From the IMG/VR virus record IMGVR_UViG_3300034024_000020, positions 51,704 to 115,703 of that record: a stretch of 64,000 bases of DNA. The stretch is one strand, 5' to 3'. The notes beneath the pieces are model-generated. The model was not told the DNA's origin and ran no database searches. It saw nothing but the letters and a program-made list of their open reading frames with translations. Position 1 is the stretch's first letter. Every line of letters begins with the position of its first letter. The translations under genes were made by a program, and so were the position numbers. The stretch comes from a virus. This document shows, piece by piece, positions 50,453-59,149 of the stretch.

Positions 50453-50819
50453 TTTTCTCTCTCTGAATTTCCACCCATCTCTTCTGCTTTTGAGCAGTCG
50501 CTAATGGTGGGTCCTTACCGTAAAGAGAATGAAGCTTAAGATGGTGGTCATGGCATAAAGTTACCGTGTCCTCATACAACTCAGTCATATGTTCCGCGAT
50601 AAATCTATCTCGCACTTCTAAAACATCTTCGTCGGTCTTAATTGAAATTTTGTTGTCTCTAAGCCACTTATTGAAAAGGGGCGTTAAAGTGGAAAAATGA
50701 TGGAAATCGAGCTTCTCAGTGGCCCCGCAGATTCTACACTCCGTGCCTTTCTTATACCTTCCTTTAGCTCGGTCTCTAACGAATTTAATTGGGTCTCTCT
50801 TGAGCTTCGTAGCCACCAT
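50439..50819 (-). CDS. HNH nicking endonuclease (T5 SciB-like)
   Basis: CRICG..LDFHH..TLCHDHH..LH; adjacent to portal as in T5. Confidence 0.85.
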   Translation of the reverse strand: MVATKLKRDPIKFVRDRAKGRYKKGTECRICGATEKLDFHHFSTLTPLFNKWLRDNKISIKTDEDVLEVRDRFIAEHMTELYEDTVTLCHDHHLKLHSLYGKDPPLATAQKQKRWVEIQREKNGLC

Positions 50820-50838
50820 TTCTCCTTTAATTGTTCCA

Positions 50839-50867
50839 AGTATAACACTCCCGAGCACATATGTCAA
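50839..50867 (-). promoter_or_regulatory. late promoter
   Basis: AATTTACTCC-TTGACA-17-TATACT. Confidence 0.88.
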
Positions 50868-50908
50868 GGAGTAAATTTTCGGATGAGTTGTGCTCTGATT
50901 GTATCGTA

Positions 50909-52444
50909 TTAATCTGATTCACAATACATTTGAACTATAGCTAGTGTTTGTACAGCGGCTGCTACATTCACACCGAAGATGTGTGGGCAGAATAGAGTAT
51001 CTATGGCTGGCATTGCACCCGAAGATACGTAGCCCTGATCAACTACGCTAGCGCCTGTAGAAGAAGTAAATCTAACTACTCTCCAACCAAATCCAGCATC
51101 ACCTGTAGCACAGTACAACTCTAACTGGAACATAGTTCCTGCCACGTTCCAACCTGCTGCACCTGTATTAGGCAATGATACTGTTTGAACTGTACCAGCT
51201 GCTGCTGATAACATTAGTTGTAAAGCAGTATCTGCTGTATTCTTATAGATACCTACAGATTGTGCAAACCCTGTTGAGGGGTCGACGTTTGTTAAAGCAG
51301 CTGTAGATCCGGTTAATCCTGCAAACAATCTACCAGTAGCTTGGACAGCGGTTTCAAGACCAAATCTGGTTATGAAATGGAATCCACCGCCAACAGAACG
51401 TCTAGAGCACCAGAAAGTAGCAGCTTTAATTTCTTGCAAGGATGCTGCTGTAGCTGCTGTAGCTACAGTCTTACGATTTTGCATAGTAAGATAATTAGTA
51501 GTAGTCATTCCGGGTAATCCGAAAGTGGTTCCTACATCAGCGGCCATATTAGTACCTATAGTGTTATAACCTGTTGTGGCTGAAGCAGCTACACCAGGAC
51601 CACTGATATCTACATATACAATATCGTTAGCTCCTAGAAAGGGCTGCAATCTTTCTGTTTTACCTGTAGGATCTCCAAATGCTGGCATTCTTCTATTCGA
51701 TCTGTTGGCCGCGAATATTTTGATACCAGTTGCAGAAGTCCCCCCAGGAGCAGCATCTGTAGTAGTTTCTGTACTTAAAGTAACTGCATTAGTTGGTGCA
51801 CTTAATACGCCTCCAGGGCTAAGTATTAATCCGGCGCCTACAAAAATCTCCTCTCCAGAGCCTCCACCAGGCGAATATCTACCATAAAGTCTAGTAGTAC
51901 CTGAAAAAGTTATGCCATACGGTATAGCATACCAATTTCCGTCTGCAGAAAGATACCAACTGCTTGGAACAGCTAATAATTCATTACTTAGATCAATAGG
52001 TGGAACTAGACCCTTAGTTCCTATATTGTTTGAATTATTATAAGAATAAGTGGGTAAGATTGAGCTAACTTGTCCACCTGTCAATTCTTGACCGGCACCA
52101 GCTGTTGTCAATCTTCCGTAAATACGATCACCAGCAGAGAAACTATAGCTACCTGTAGGAGGCGCCGCCCAAGTTCCGTCTGCACGAAGGAAATTTGCAG
52201 TACCTCCACCATTGCCATTTAGTACCTTGGACTTCACATCTGCGACAGTATAAGCACTAGAATCTAATTTAGAAGATACCTCACTCAAAGTGGGTACTTC
52301 AAAGGACGTATTTGTACTAAGAGCAGCGATTAAACGCTGCTCATCAGTAAGAATATAGACTTGTCCGGGAACAAGTGAACTTGCGCCGACCTTAGAAGTA
52401 AAGCCGGTGCGTGTTCCGCGTGGGTGCTTATAAGGTACTGCCAT
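50909..52444 (-). CDS. fibre-like virion protein with beta-rich C-terminal domain
   Basis: Gly/Thr/Ser-rich; FLRADGTWAAP, KGLVP fibre motifs. Confidence 0.7.
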   Translation of the reverse strand: MAVPYKHPRGTRTGFTSKVGASSLVPGQVYILTDEQRLIAALSTNTSFEVPTLSEVSSKLDSSAYTVADVKSKVLNGNGGGTANFLRADGTWAAPPTGSYSFSAGDRIYGRLTTAGAGQELTGGQVSSILPTYSYNNSNNIGTKGLVPPIDLSNELLAVPSSWYLSADGNWYAIPYGITFSGTTRLYGRYSPGGGSGEEIFVGAGLILSPGGVLSAPTNAVTLSTETTTDAAPGGTSATGIKIFAANRSNRRMPAFGDPTGKTERLQPFLGANDIVYVDISGPGVAASATTGYNTIGTNMAADVGTTFGLPGMTTTNYLTMQNRKTVATAATAASLQEIKAATFWCSRRSVGGGFHFITRFGLETAVQATGRLFAGLTGSTAALTNVDPSTGFAQSVGIYKNTADTALQLMLSAAAGTVQTVSLPNTGAAGWNVAGTMFQLELYCATGDAGFGWRVVRFTSSTGASVVDQGYVSSGAMPAIDTLFCPHIFGVNVAAAVQTLAIVQMYCESD

Positions 52445-52445
52445 A

Positions 52446-53360
52446 TTAGAAGGTTCCGCCGTCTAAAACAACTCCGTCGATAGTACCACCTGTGATAGCT
52501 ACCGCATTGGCATTTTGAGATGCCATTGTGCCAAGAGTTGGCTTGTTTGTTAGATCGTTATATGATCCTGAAGTTGCAACAGTTGCTAGAGTTGGTCTAC
52601 CTGTAAGATCCGCATATGCACCCGAAGTTGCAACAGTAGCAAATGTAGGCTTACCTGAAATTACTGCCCAATCTGGTGTAATGTCTGCAAGTTCTACATA
52701 TGAAGCTTCAGCTGTCTTTGACCCAGAACCGCTATAAACCCAACGACGTCCGTCAGTGGTAGTAACAATACTACCCTCGTCAATCTCTGCTTGCTGTGGT
52801 GCTGAAAGGTTAGCAATAGAACCACTAGATACGATTACCTGACTTCCTGGTAGGAAGGGTAGACGTGCAATATCAATGGTACCACTGACAAGCTTAGACG
52901 CATCCAATCCAGGAATACGAGCCGCATCAAAGGTATCAGATGTAATCTTAGCTGCACTAAGGTCAGGAATACGTGCAATATTGAACGTACCACTTCCGAT
53001 CTTTCCTGCATCTAATGAAGGAATTGTAGCTGCATCTACACTGATTACAGTACCAGTAATATCAATACCGTTACCTTCTGTGTAAATAGAACCAGCATCG
53101 CCCCAACCAATATCATAGTCGGAGCCACTGTTCTTTTTAAGAACCTGACCTGTTGCACCTCCAGCTGGTAGCAACTTGCTAGTGCTGAAAGCGTCGTGAG
53201 AGAAAGCTACAACTGAGGTAGCTACACCTGATCCGTTATCACCCTTACCAATGTAAAGATAACCGTCTACGTTGTTGTGGGCTATCTGCCCTGATCTTAG
53301 TGTAGCTGGGGCACCAGCGGCACCAGTAAGTCTACGTGTTACTTGAAAAATTGTTGCCAT
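52446..53360 (-). CDS. fibre shaft protein with 18-aa repeats
   Basis: IP.LDA.KI.SGT repeats; TVATSG.Y.DL..KP repeats; ends LDGGTF. Confidence 0.75.
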   Translation of the reverse strand: MATIFQVTRRLTGAAGAPATLRSGQIAHNNVDGYLYIGKGDNGSGVATSVVAFSHDAFSTSKLLPAGGATGQVLKKNSGSDYDIGWGDAGSIYTEGNGIDITGTVISVDAATIPSLDAGKIGSGTFNIARIPDLSAAKITSDTFDAARIPGLDASKLVSGTIDIARLPFLPGSQVIVSSGSIANLSAPQQAEIDEGSIVTTTDGRRWVYSGSGSKTAEASYVELADITPDWAVISGKPTFATVATSGAYADLTGRPTLATVATSGSYNDLTNKPTLGTMASQNANAVAITGGTIDGVVLDGGTF

Positions 53361-53597
53361 TTAAAAGCTTCCGCCATCCAGTATTTCTGGAACACCTTCG
53401 TAAACTACGTTGGTAACCCCTGGATTTCCTTGAGGGCCGGGTTCACCGGGCTCACCGTCGTCCCCTTTAGGGCCAACTAATACTGAGACGCTTTGCAGCT
53501 TCTCCTGAAATTGTTCGTAGGCTACAGACAGAGATGAATGGACTCGCCATTGCAGCACTATAGGTGCCCTTATTTGTCTCCAGCCTACTGCTATCAT
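53361..53597 (-). CDS. short collagen-like protein
   Basis: GPKGDDGEPGEPGPQGNPG; ends LDGGSF. Confidence 0.7.
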   Translation of the reverse strand: MIAVGWRQIRAPIVLQWRVHSSLSVAYEQFQEKLQSVSVLVGPKGDDGEPGEPGPQGNPGVTNVVYEGVPEILDGGSF

Positions 53598-53926
53598 GCC
53601 ACTGTTCCTTTGATCTCGATAATGAGTGGGTCAGTTTTGACTACTCCAAATCCCGGGACTGACAAGGCCGCGTTCATAACATATAAACCCGGAACTAACT
53701 CCGCTGTTTGTGCTTCAGTTAACCACATCATCCAGCCCGGAGGATCAAAGGATTCCAATATGGTAAACGTTTCAAGTACGGGTGTACTCGCTGATGGAAT
53801 AGAACCATTAGGACCCGCCTTCTTTAGTGCGGCAGTAATTGAAGTTACGTTATCCATCTCTCCCTCGACCAAGTCGAGGAACAATGTAAAACGCTCTCCA
53901 TTTCTAGCCCTATAGGTTCTTTCCAT
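53594..53926 (-). CDS. BppU-like beta-sandwich adaptor protein
   Basis: GE.F.L..LTEAQTA.L..G.Y pattern. Confidence 0.55.
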   Translation of the reverse strand: MERTYRARNGERFTLFLDLVEGEMDNVTSITAALKKAGPNGSIPSASTPVLETFTILESFDPPGWMMWLTEAQTAELVPGLYVMNAALSVPGFGVVKTDPLIIEIKGTVA

Positions 53927-55234
53927 TTACATACTTCCAACTGAATTCGTGTGACTATAGATAGCGTAACGAATAGCATCGGCCATGTGAGAAGCTTCAT
54001 TATGAACTGGCTTCTCTTTGACCAGATTAGGGTTAGGATCCCACCTGTACCCGTCTAGAGCTCTCAATACGTGCTCCATACGTTTAGGAACAATTAAGCG
54101 ATCCTGTTCGATGATGCTTCCCACGAATCCAATAGAGTCCGTGACGCTCTTCTTGTTTGCATTGATGGTGGCGATATCGTAGTCTCGCGCCAAGTCATAG
54201 CGTGTCTGCTGAGCTGCCGAGTCCAGATAGATAAAGTCAATATCCCACTTATCAATGAGCTTTTGAATCTCTTCAGCATGGGTCTTCGTTGACTTTGCGA
54301 CTTCATAGTATTCGTCGAGCACATAATATTTCTCTTCCTCATAGTGATAACCAATAACAACTAGAGCGGTAGGGTCCTTGAAACCAAGGTCAAGTCCCGC
54401 AATAACATCAACTTTATGACGTTCGCTATTGGGAGTAATATTATGATCTCTTATACAACCTTCATCAATAGTCCAAATCTGACCTTCATAAGCCTCGAAT
54501 GACGCCTCATACTCCTGCCTAAACTCGGCTATAGACATTGACGCTCGTGCGTCGTCAACGTCATTTTGAGACATTCTAGGGTTATCGTGATAGGTCGCGT
54601 GAATGGAGCACCACTCGGGGTATTTAGGACTTGATCCGCGATCATAAAGCTGAGCGAACCAGTTAGTCTTTCCTCGTGGTGTTGAGATGAAGATAGCTTT
54701 TGAATTTTCCTTATCTAGGGTTGGTCTCAAAGCTACGTTAAAGGCGTCCATTCCCTCAGAAAGGGCGGCCTCGTCGAAGATGATAAGGTCATAAGAACGT
54801 CCAACGACGCTGTCGACTTGGCTGACGGAACCCATTCTAATGGTGGAACCGTTTGCCAACTCAATGACCTTGTCCTTCATGTTATCCTTTGTGATCTCAA
54901 TCTTCAGATCATTCTTAATGAACCGCCGTTGAAGTTCGAATGAAATCTGAGAGAGAGAATAGTTTGGTGACATAATCAAAATGTTTGAGCCTGGCACCAA
55001 AGATACACAAAGCCCAATAATATTTGAAATGTATGTCTTTCCCTGACGTCGCGAAATTGCTGCAACAACAAATCTGTATTTGTTGATTGCATTAATAATC
55101 GCGATCTGGGAAGGTAGAGGATCTACTCCAAGCTCTTCTAAAACTCCTGTAATAGGTAGCTTCAAGAAAGGATTAGGTAGATCCTCTATGATATAATCTT
55201 GAATTACATCAGCTCTGCTGATTGTTACTGTCAT
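53927..55234 (-). CDS. terL: terminase large subunit
   Basis: SRRQGKT, IIFDEAA, ISTPRG, GLDLGFKDP, SHMADAIRY. Confidence 0.96.
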   Translation of the reverse strand: MTVTISRADVIQDYIIEDLPNPFLKLPITGVLEELGVDPLPSQIAIINAINKYRFVVAAISRRQGKTYISNIIGLCVSLVPGSNILIMSPNYSLSQISFELQRRFIKNDLKIEITKDNMKDKVIELANGSTIRMGSVSQVDSVVGRSYDLIIFDEAALSEGMDAFNVALRPTLDKENSKAIFISTPRGKTNWFAQLYDRGSSPKYPEWCSIHATYHDNPRMSQNDVDDARASMSIAEFRQEYEASFEAYEGQIWTIDEGCIRDHNITPNSERHKVDVIAGLDLGFKDPTALVVIGYHYEEEKYYVLDEYYEVAKSTKTHAEEIQKLIDKWDIDFIYLDSAAQQTRYDLARDYDIATINANKKSVTDSIGFVGSIIEQDRLIVPKRMEHVLRALDGYRWDPNPNLVKEKPVHNEASHMADAIRYAIYSHTNSVGSM

Positions 55235-55598
55235 GGTCTGTAATCTCAATTCCTGTTCTAGAGACAACTAGGCTTCTCTTAACAAGTAGACCAAGTAGTC
55301 CGGTAATAACTACCATTAAGTTAACCATTGCGGCTAGACCAAGGTAGAATGTGTAATTCGCATGGGATTTAACGAAGAATAAAGCAAGAGTGGCAAACAC
55401 TATCATTAGTGCGCCACTGGCAACTACTGTATAAAGTGCCCAGTCTCTACGGTCATCTACTCTATCGGAGTTCTCCGATGGAATGACCGGAGACATCATG
55501 ACCGCACTTCTAACTTGCGTACCCCCCGTTGCCGGTGGTACAACGACGTTCTCGGCGGAAACCGTAGCAGTTTCCGCCGAGATGTTTGCATTGTCCAT
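55209..55598 (-). CDS. two-TM membrane protein
   Basis: Two hydrophobic helices. Confidence 0.6.
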   Translation of the reverse strand: MDNANISAETATVSAENVVVPPATGGTQVRSAVMMSPVIPSENSDRVDDRRDWALYTVVASGALMIVFATLALFFVKSHANYTFYLGLAAMVNLMVVITGLLGLLVKRSLVVSRTGIEITDHDSNNQQS

Positions 55599-55813
55599 TA
55601 AAGCTGAATGGTACCCTCGCCGCCAGCTGGATCAACTACTGGATCAGGACTATCACCTGGAACAGTCAAAGGAGGCTGAACCTCTGGAGTTGGCTGTACC
55701 GGTGAAGGTGCTGGTGGAGTTGGGGTAGGCTCAATTGGAGCCGGTGCTACAGGAGCTGGAGCAGGCTGGGACACAGCAGGCTCAGTTACTTCAGTTTTCT
55801 TCTTTGGAGGCAT
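55598..55813 (-). CDS. Pro-rich small protein
   Basis: TAATG coupling; low-complexity sequence. Confidence 0.55.
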   Translation of the reverse strand: MPPKKKTEVTEPAVSQPAPAPVAPAPIEPTPTPPAPSPVQPTPEVQPPLTVPGDSPDPVVDPAGGEGTIQL

Positions 55814-55815
55814 AT

Positions 55816-56274
55816 TTATTTCTTCCCTGGGGTGCCAATCTTTGGTTCCGGACTAAAATCATCCGGTCCTTCCACGGGCCCCTCTTTTGGTTCCTCAGAC
55901 GGAACCGGGTCACTCTCAGACGCTAGGCGCTGGTTGACTTCATCATTTCGAACTTCCTGGTCCTTTAAAATCCCTAGCGCTTCATTTGCTTTAGCATTGT
56001 CGCGACGTGGGGTCTTAAGAGCTAGTGTCTGATCGACATTATCTCGGTCTTCAATAGTTAGTTCGTGCTGCTCATGAGCAGGCTGACGAACCGCGTTAGT
56101 TCCATCAAGGGGAACCTTGTGGAAACGACCATTATTATCAGTCCACTTCGCATATTCGCGAACTACGACTGCGTAGTCCGGAACTTCAGCATTTGGGCGT
56201 GGCTGTTCAGCCTTTAGATTGCTAGTCTGACGCTCGCTATCTGCGACCTTATCAACCTTTACTTCTTCTGCCAT
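55816..56274 (-). CDS. acidic/Pro-rich hypothetical protein
   Basis: GGAG RBS; co-oriented with the late genes. Confidence 0.65.
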   Translation of the reverse strand: MAEEVKVDKVADSERQTSNLKAEQPRPNAEVPDYAVVVREYAKWTDNNGRFHKVPLDGTNAVRQPAHEQHELTIEDRDNVDQTLALKTPRRDNAKANEALGILKDQEVRNDEVNQRLASESDPVPSEEPKEGPVEGPDDFSPEPKIGTPGKK

Positions 56275-56276
56275 TC

Positions 56277-56699
56277 TTATTTACTCCTATTGGCAAGCAG
56301 CTTTTCCATCAGCCTGCCATAATTGCCTTCGCCAAAGTTGGCGATCTGTGTTACCTGAGCTGGTCCTTGCTCTTTCTGCAATTTCAACTCGTCCATACGC
56401 ATTTTATGCTGAAGGGCAAGAATTTCTAGAAGGTCTTTGGAGGTATATACACCAGTCTCTTCAGCCTCAGCTATCTTTGCATCAATTATTTTATCGAGAA
56501 GGGCTCCCATCTTATCCCTATTTCGATATCCCATATCAAGATAAATACCATCAAGATAGTCTTTTACGTCCTTGCGTCGAAGGGTTGCTACGACCTCATG
56601 AAGGGGTAGTTGCAACTGTTGTGCGACTTCTTCTGCGGTTCCAAGCTCTAAATAGGCATTAGCTATGTCGAAACCTTCTGGACTTATCTTGGTTAACAT
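56277..56699 (-). CDS. terS: terminase small subunit (T5 type)
   Basis: ISPEG..IAN.YL..GYRNR..KI.EAEETG..SKDL..NYG.LM.KL. Confidence 0.88.
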   Translation of the reverse strand: MLTKISPEGFDIANAYLELGTAEEVAQQLQLPLHEVVATLRRKDVKDYLDGIYLDMGYRNRDKMGALLDKIIDAKIAEAEETGVYTSKDLLEILALQHKMRMDELKLQKEQGPAQVTQIANFGEGNYGRLMEKLLANRSK

Positions 56700-56705
56700 A
56701 AACAC

Positions 56706-56734
56706 ATTATAGTCGAAATATTGGAATGTGTCAA
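56706..56734 (-). promoter_or_regulatory. late promoter, probably giving a leaderless terS mRNA
   Basis: AATTTACTCC-TTGACA-17-TATAAT-6 nt-ATG. Confidence 0.85.
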
Positions 56735-56842
56735 GGAGTAAATTATTTGGGGTAGTGGGGTGTTTGTGTAATTTGTTTGCGCCTTCTAGCTGTTTTTTGA
56801 CCTAATGTTGTACGTGAGGAGGGGAGGCCTCGGAGAGGCCAA

Positions 56843-56935
56843 AGTATAGTCTAATAACCGCCCCCTGTCAAGGATTATCTCACTAACATATGTTATGATC
56901 TTTTTTGTTGACGCTCCCTCAATAAAGACTAAGGT
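56843..56935. promoter_or_regulatory. divergent promoter pair A
   Basis: Minus TTGACA-17-TATACT; plus TTGACG-16-TAAGGT. Confidence 0.75.
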
Positions 56936-56990
56936 GATTGAACTACCCGGATGAGGCGGGCCGAAATTTCCAAGGTGCTAGGATTAAGAC

Positions 56991-57221
56991 ATGCGCGCTG
57001 CTACTGCCACCAATGTCTCCCCTCTTATTGTAATGGCAAAGACGGGAGGCTTCACGGCCGTCATCTCCTGCCGCTTTCGCTCGGCCCCTCGGGCCTATAG
57101 CGTTCCCGACATTCGGACGGCTCGCGCTATCGCGTCCTCCCTTATGTCTAGCGAAACGGGATACGTCTATAACGACGAAAGCCCGAACGCTATCGAAACC
57201 TATTATGGCGAGGCGAACTAA
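56991..57221 (+). CDS. hypothetical pre-early protein
   Basis: AGGA RBS, downstream of promoter. Confidence 0.55.
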   Translation: MRAATATNVSPLIVMAKTGGFTAVISCRFRSAPRAYSVPDIRTARAIASSLMSSETGYVYNDESPNAIETYYGEAN

Positions 57222-57417
57222 GATGGAAGCGCGCTTCTCAGACTTCCCCGCCGTCATCGCCTTCATTACCCTTGTCGTTTGCATGGGGGCGTTGCTAATG
57301 GCAATGGCGGGCTTCGGCAATTCGGAGGATATGCGAAACGTGTTCCTCTATAGCGCGGGGGCTTGCATCCCCTCCGCTTTGATCGCTTCCGCAATTTCTT
57401 TTAGCAGGAGGGGTTGA
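57205..57417 (+). CDS. two-TM small membrane protein
   Basis: Hydrophobic helices; start may be MEARF. Confidence 0.6.
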   Translation: MARRTKMEARFSDFPAVIAFITLVVCMGALLMAMAGFGNSEDMRNVFLYSAGACIPSALIASAISFSRRG

Positions 57418-57582
57418 CAGATGCACCCGCTAATGGCACTGTTCCTGCTCGGGATCGCGGTCCTATGGTTTGTTTGCAGGGGAAACTAAAATGGCACAAT
57501 TTGCAGGATGGGCTTGCGGGGTTACTTTTTTTTGTGGTAATCCCCTATATCAGCTTCAAGGCAGAACAGGGAAGGCTCCGTC

Positions 57583-57732
57583 ATGGGGAACAAATCAGCG
57601 AGGAAATTTGAGACGCCGCCTGACATAAGGCGCGCTTCAAACGAGCGGGAATGGCAACGTCCCCGTGATGGCATCGACATAGACCAATGGTTAGGCTCAG
57701 GCATTACCATTGGTAGCAGGAGGGGCATATGA
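57583..57732 (+). CDS. small hypothetical protein (49 aa)
   Basis: MGNKSARKFE..; ATGA coupling to the next ORF. Confidence 0.45.
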   Translation: MGNKSARKFETPPDIRRASNEREWQRPRDGIDIDQWLGSGITIGSRRGI

Positions 57733-57881
57733 GGCTATCGAGCGGAGAGCATATCATAGCACTTGGGAAGGTATATGCTGAGGCATACGCTTCCCATATC
57801 AGAGCCGGTGTTGCTCATGCTGCTGCCCTGTCTATGGCTAAGCAGGCTATGATCCACTTTCATTCCGGGTTAAGCGAGTAG
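57729..57881 (+). CDS. small hypothetical protein (50 aa)
   Basis: AGGAGG RBS; MRLSSGEHII.. Confidence 0.6.
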   Translation: MRLSSGEHIIALGKVYAEAYASHIRAGVAHAAALSMAKQAMIHFHSGLSE

Positions 57882-57890
57882 ACGAAGGCT

Positions 57891-57930
57891 CCCGATGATA
57901 TAACGTATCATCGGGGGTCGGACTCCGACC
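57891..57930. repeat. tandem inverted repeats
   Basis: CCCGATGATA/TATCATCGGG followed by GGTCGGACTCCGACC. Confidence 0.8.
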
Positions 57931-57959
57931 GCGCCGACGCAGCACAGGGCACACCTACA

Positions 57960-58055
57960 TATAACATGGCCACATATGCGCCGTCAAGGACTATTTCAGC
58001 AACCTATGTTAAGAACTTTTTTATTGACTGCTCCACTCTAGGCGCGCATAAGGGG
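57960..58055. promoter_or_regulatory. divergent promoter pair B (paralog of A)
   Basis: 46-nt GTCAA...TTGAC core is 38/46 identical to pair A. Confidence 0.7.
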
Positions 58056-58074
58056 TGGGTAAGGAGATAGGGCC

Positions 58075-58278
58075 ATGTTGCAGGGTGAAATTCGGTACTT
58101 CTACAAAGGCGCTTATCGGCAGGGCTGGATCATTTGCCGCCAAGGTTGCGGCTATAACATCGACGTGAACGGCCTCGGGATGCAGGAATGGTTCGTCGCG
58201 GGGCAGGTTCATTCCGTTGTTGACTTCCTTTCGACGGACTGCGATAACGAGGAAACTTTCGAGAGGATCGAGGCGTGA
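58075..58278 (+). CDS. hypothetical protein
   Basis: AAGGAG RBS. Confidence 0.6.
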   Translation: MLQGEIRYFYKGAYRQGWIICRQGCGYNIDVNGLGMQEWFVAGQVHSVVDFLSTDCDNEETFERIEA

Positions 58279-58433
58279 ACGGTTTCAGCGACCCGGATTA
58301 TAGCGACGGCTTCGATGACGGTTGGAATGACCGGGATGACGGTCGGACTTATCGGATCAAGAATGGCGCTTCGGACAATTATAAACGCGGTTACATGGCG
58401 GGATTTACCGCCGCCGCCGAGAGGGACCAATAA
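58275..58433 (+). CDS. small acidic protein with Y..GF..G motifs (52 aa, not in ORF track)
   Basis: GTGA coupling, GAGG RBS; YSDGFDDGW..YKRGYMAGF. Confidence 0.6.
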   Translation: MNGFSDPDYSDGFDDGWNDRDDGRTYRIKNGASDNYKRGYMAGFTAAAERDQ

Positions 58434-58434
58434 A

Positions 58435-58845
58435 ATGAGCGCTCAGGATGGAATGATTGCAATAGGCGGCCTAGCCGGTTTCATTTGCACGGGAACCGGC
58501 TTTGTAGTCATCGTCAAGGCGATGATACCGAAGCGTAAAAAGCCGGAACTTTCCACTTTCTGGGTTCAGGCTTTGGACCTTTTGACCTTGGATAAGGATA
58601 ATTGGGTTATCCCCAAGGATGACGTCAAAATGCTTTTCCACCCGCCTACGGGGCTTAGGCTCTGTTATGAGGGTTCGTATTATCGCCAAGAATGCAAGGC
58701 GATTGTTCCCGGCGGTGGCGAGGTGGAAATACCTCACGAGCACAGACAGGATTATATTAAGCTGTGCGAAAAACTACAGCAAATAATCGCCGTCCGGAAA
58801 TTGACCACGGAGGCGAAGCCTTACGAGGTGGAATTTAGTTCTTGA
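58435..58845 (+). CDS. membrane-anchored hypothetical protein
   Basis: Start MSAQD; N-terminal TM helix. Confidence 0.6.
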   Translation: MSAQDGMIAIGGLAGFICTGTGFVVIVKAMIPKRKKPELSTFWVQALDLLTLDKDNWVIPKDDVKMLFHPPTGLRLCYEGSYYRQECKAIVPGGGEVEIPHEHRQDYIKLCEKLQQIIAVRKLTTEAKPYEVEFSS

Positions 58846-58870
58846 CTTCGCTACTAAACCCGGCTATAAT
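58842..58870 (+). promoter_or_regulatory. sigma70-type promoter
   Basis: AATTTAGTTC-TTGACT-17-TATAAT. Confidence 0.85.
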
Positions 58871-58895
58871 GGTCGGACCAACAAAGGGAGATTTT

Positions 58896-59147
58896 ATGCA
58901 ACGGCTTCAGCTTATCGACGCGGACGGAACTTCGAATATCCTCGAAGTTCAGGACGACCGGGCCATCAACATCGTCGTGGACGATGGCACGATCTACACT
59001 TTTGCAAGCGTCACCACGGTCGACGGCGAAAAGACGGCGGTTTACCGGCGCGGAACAACCCTCGACTTGATCGACGGCTTCCTGTTCACGCCCGGCTCCA
59101 ACGACACAGCGACGGAAGTCGACTGGCACTTTCTCGGGGAGGACTAA
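58896..59147 (+). CDS. hypothetical acidic protein
   Basis: GGGAG RBS; start MQRLQ. Confidence 0.65.
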   Translation: MQRLQLIDADGTSNILEVQDDRAINIVVDDGTIYTFASVTTVDGEKTAVYRRGTTLDLIDGFLFTPGSNDTATEVDWHFLGED

Positions 59148-59149
59148 AA

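Noticed and set aside
56945-56985. Hammerhead-like CGGATGAGGCGGGCCGAAA
   Set aside because: Core is CGGAUGA rather than CUGAUGA, and no stem I/III or cleavage triplet could be built
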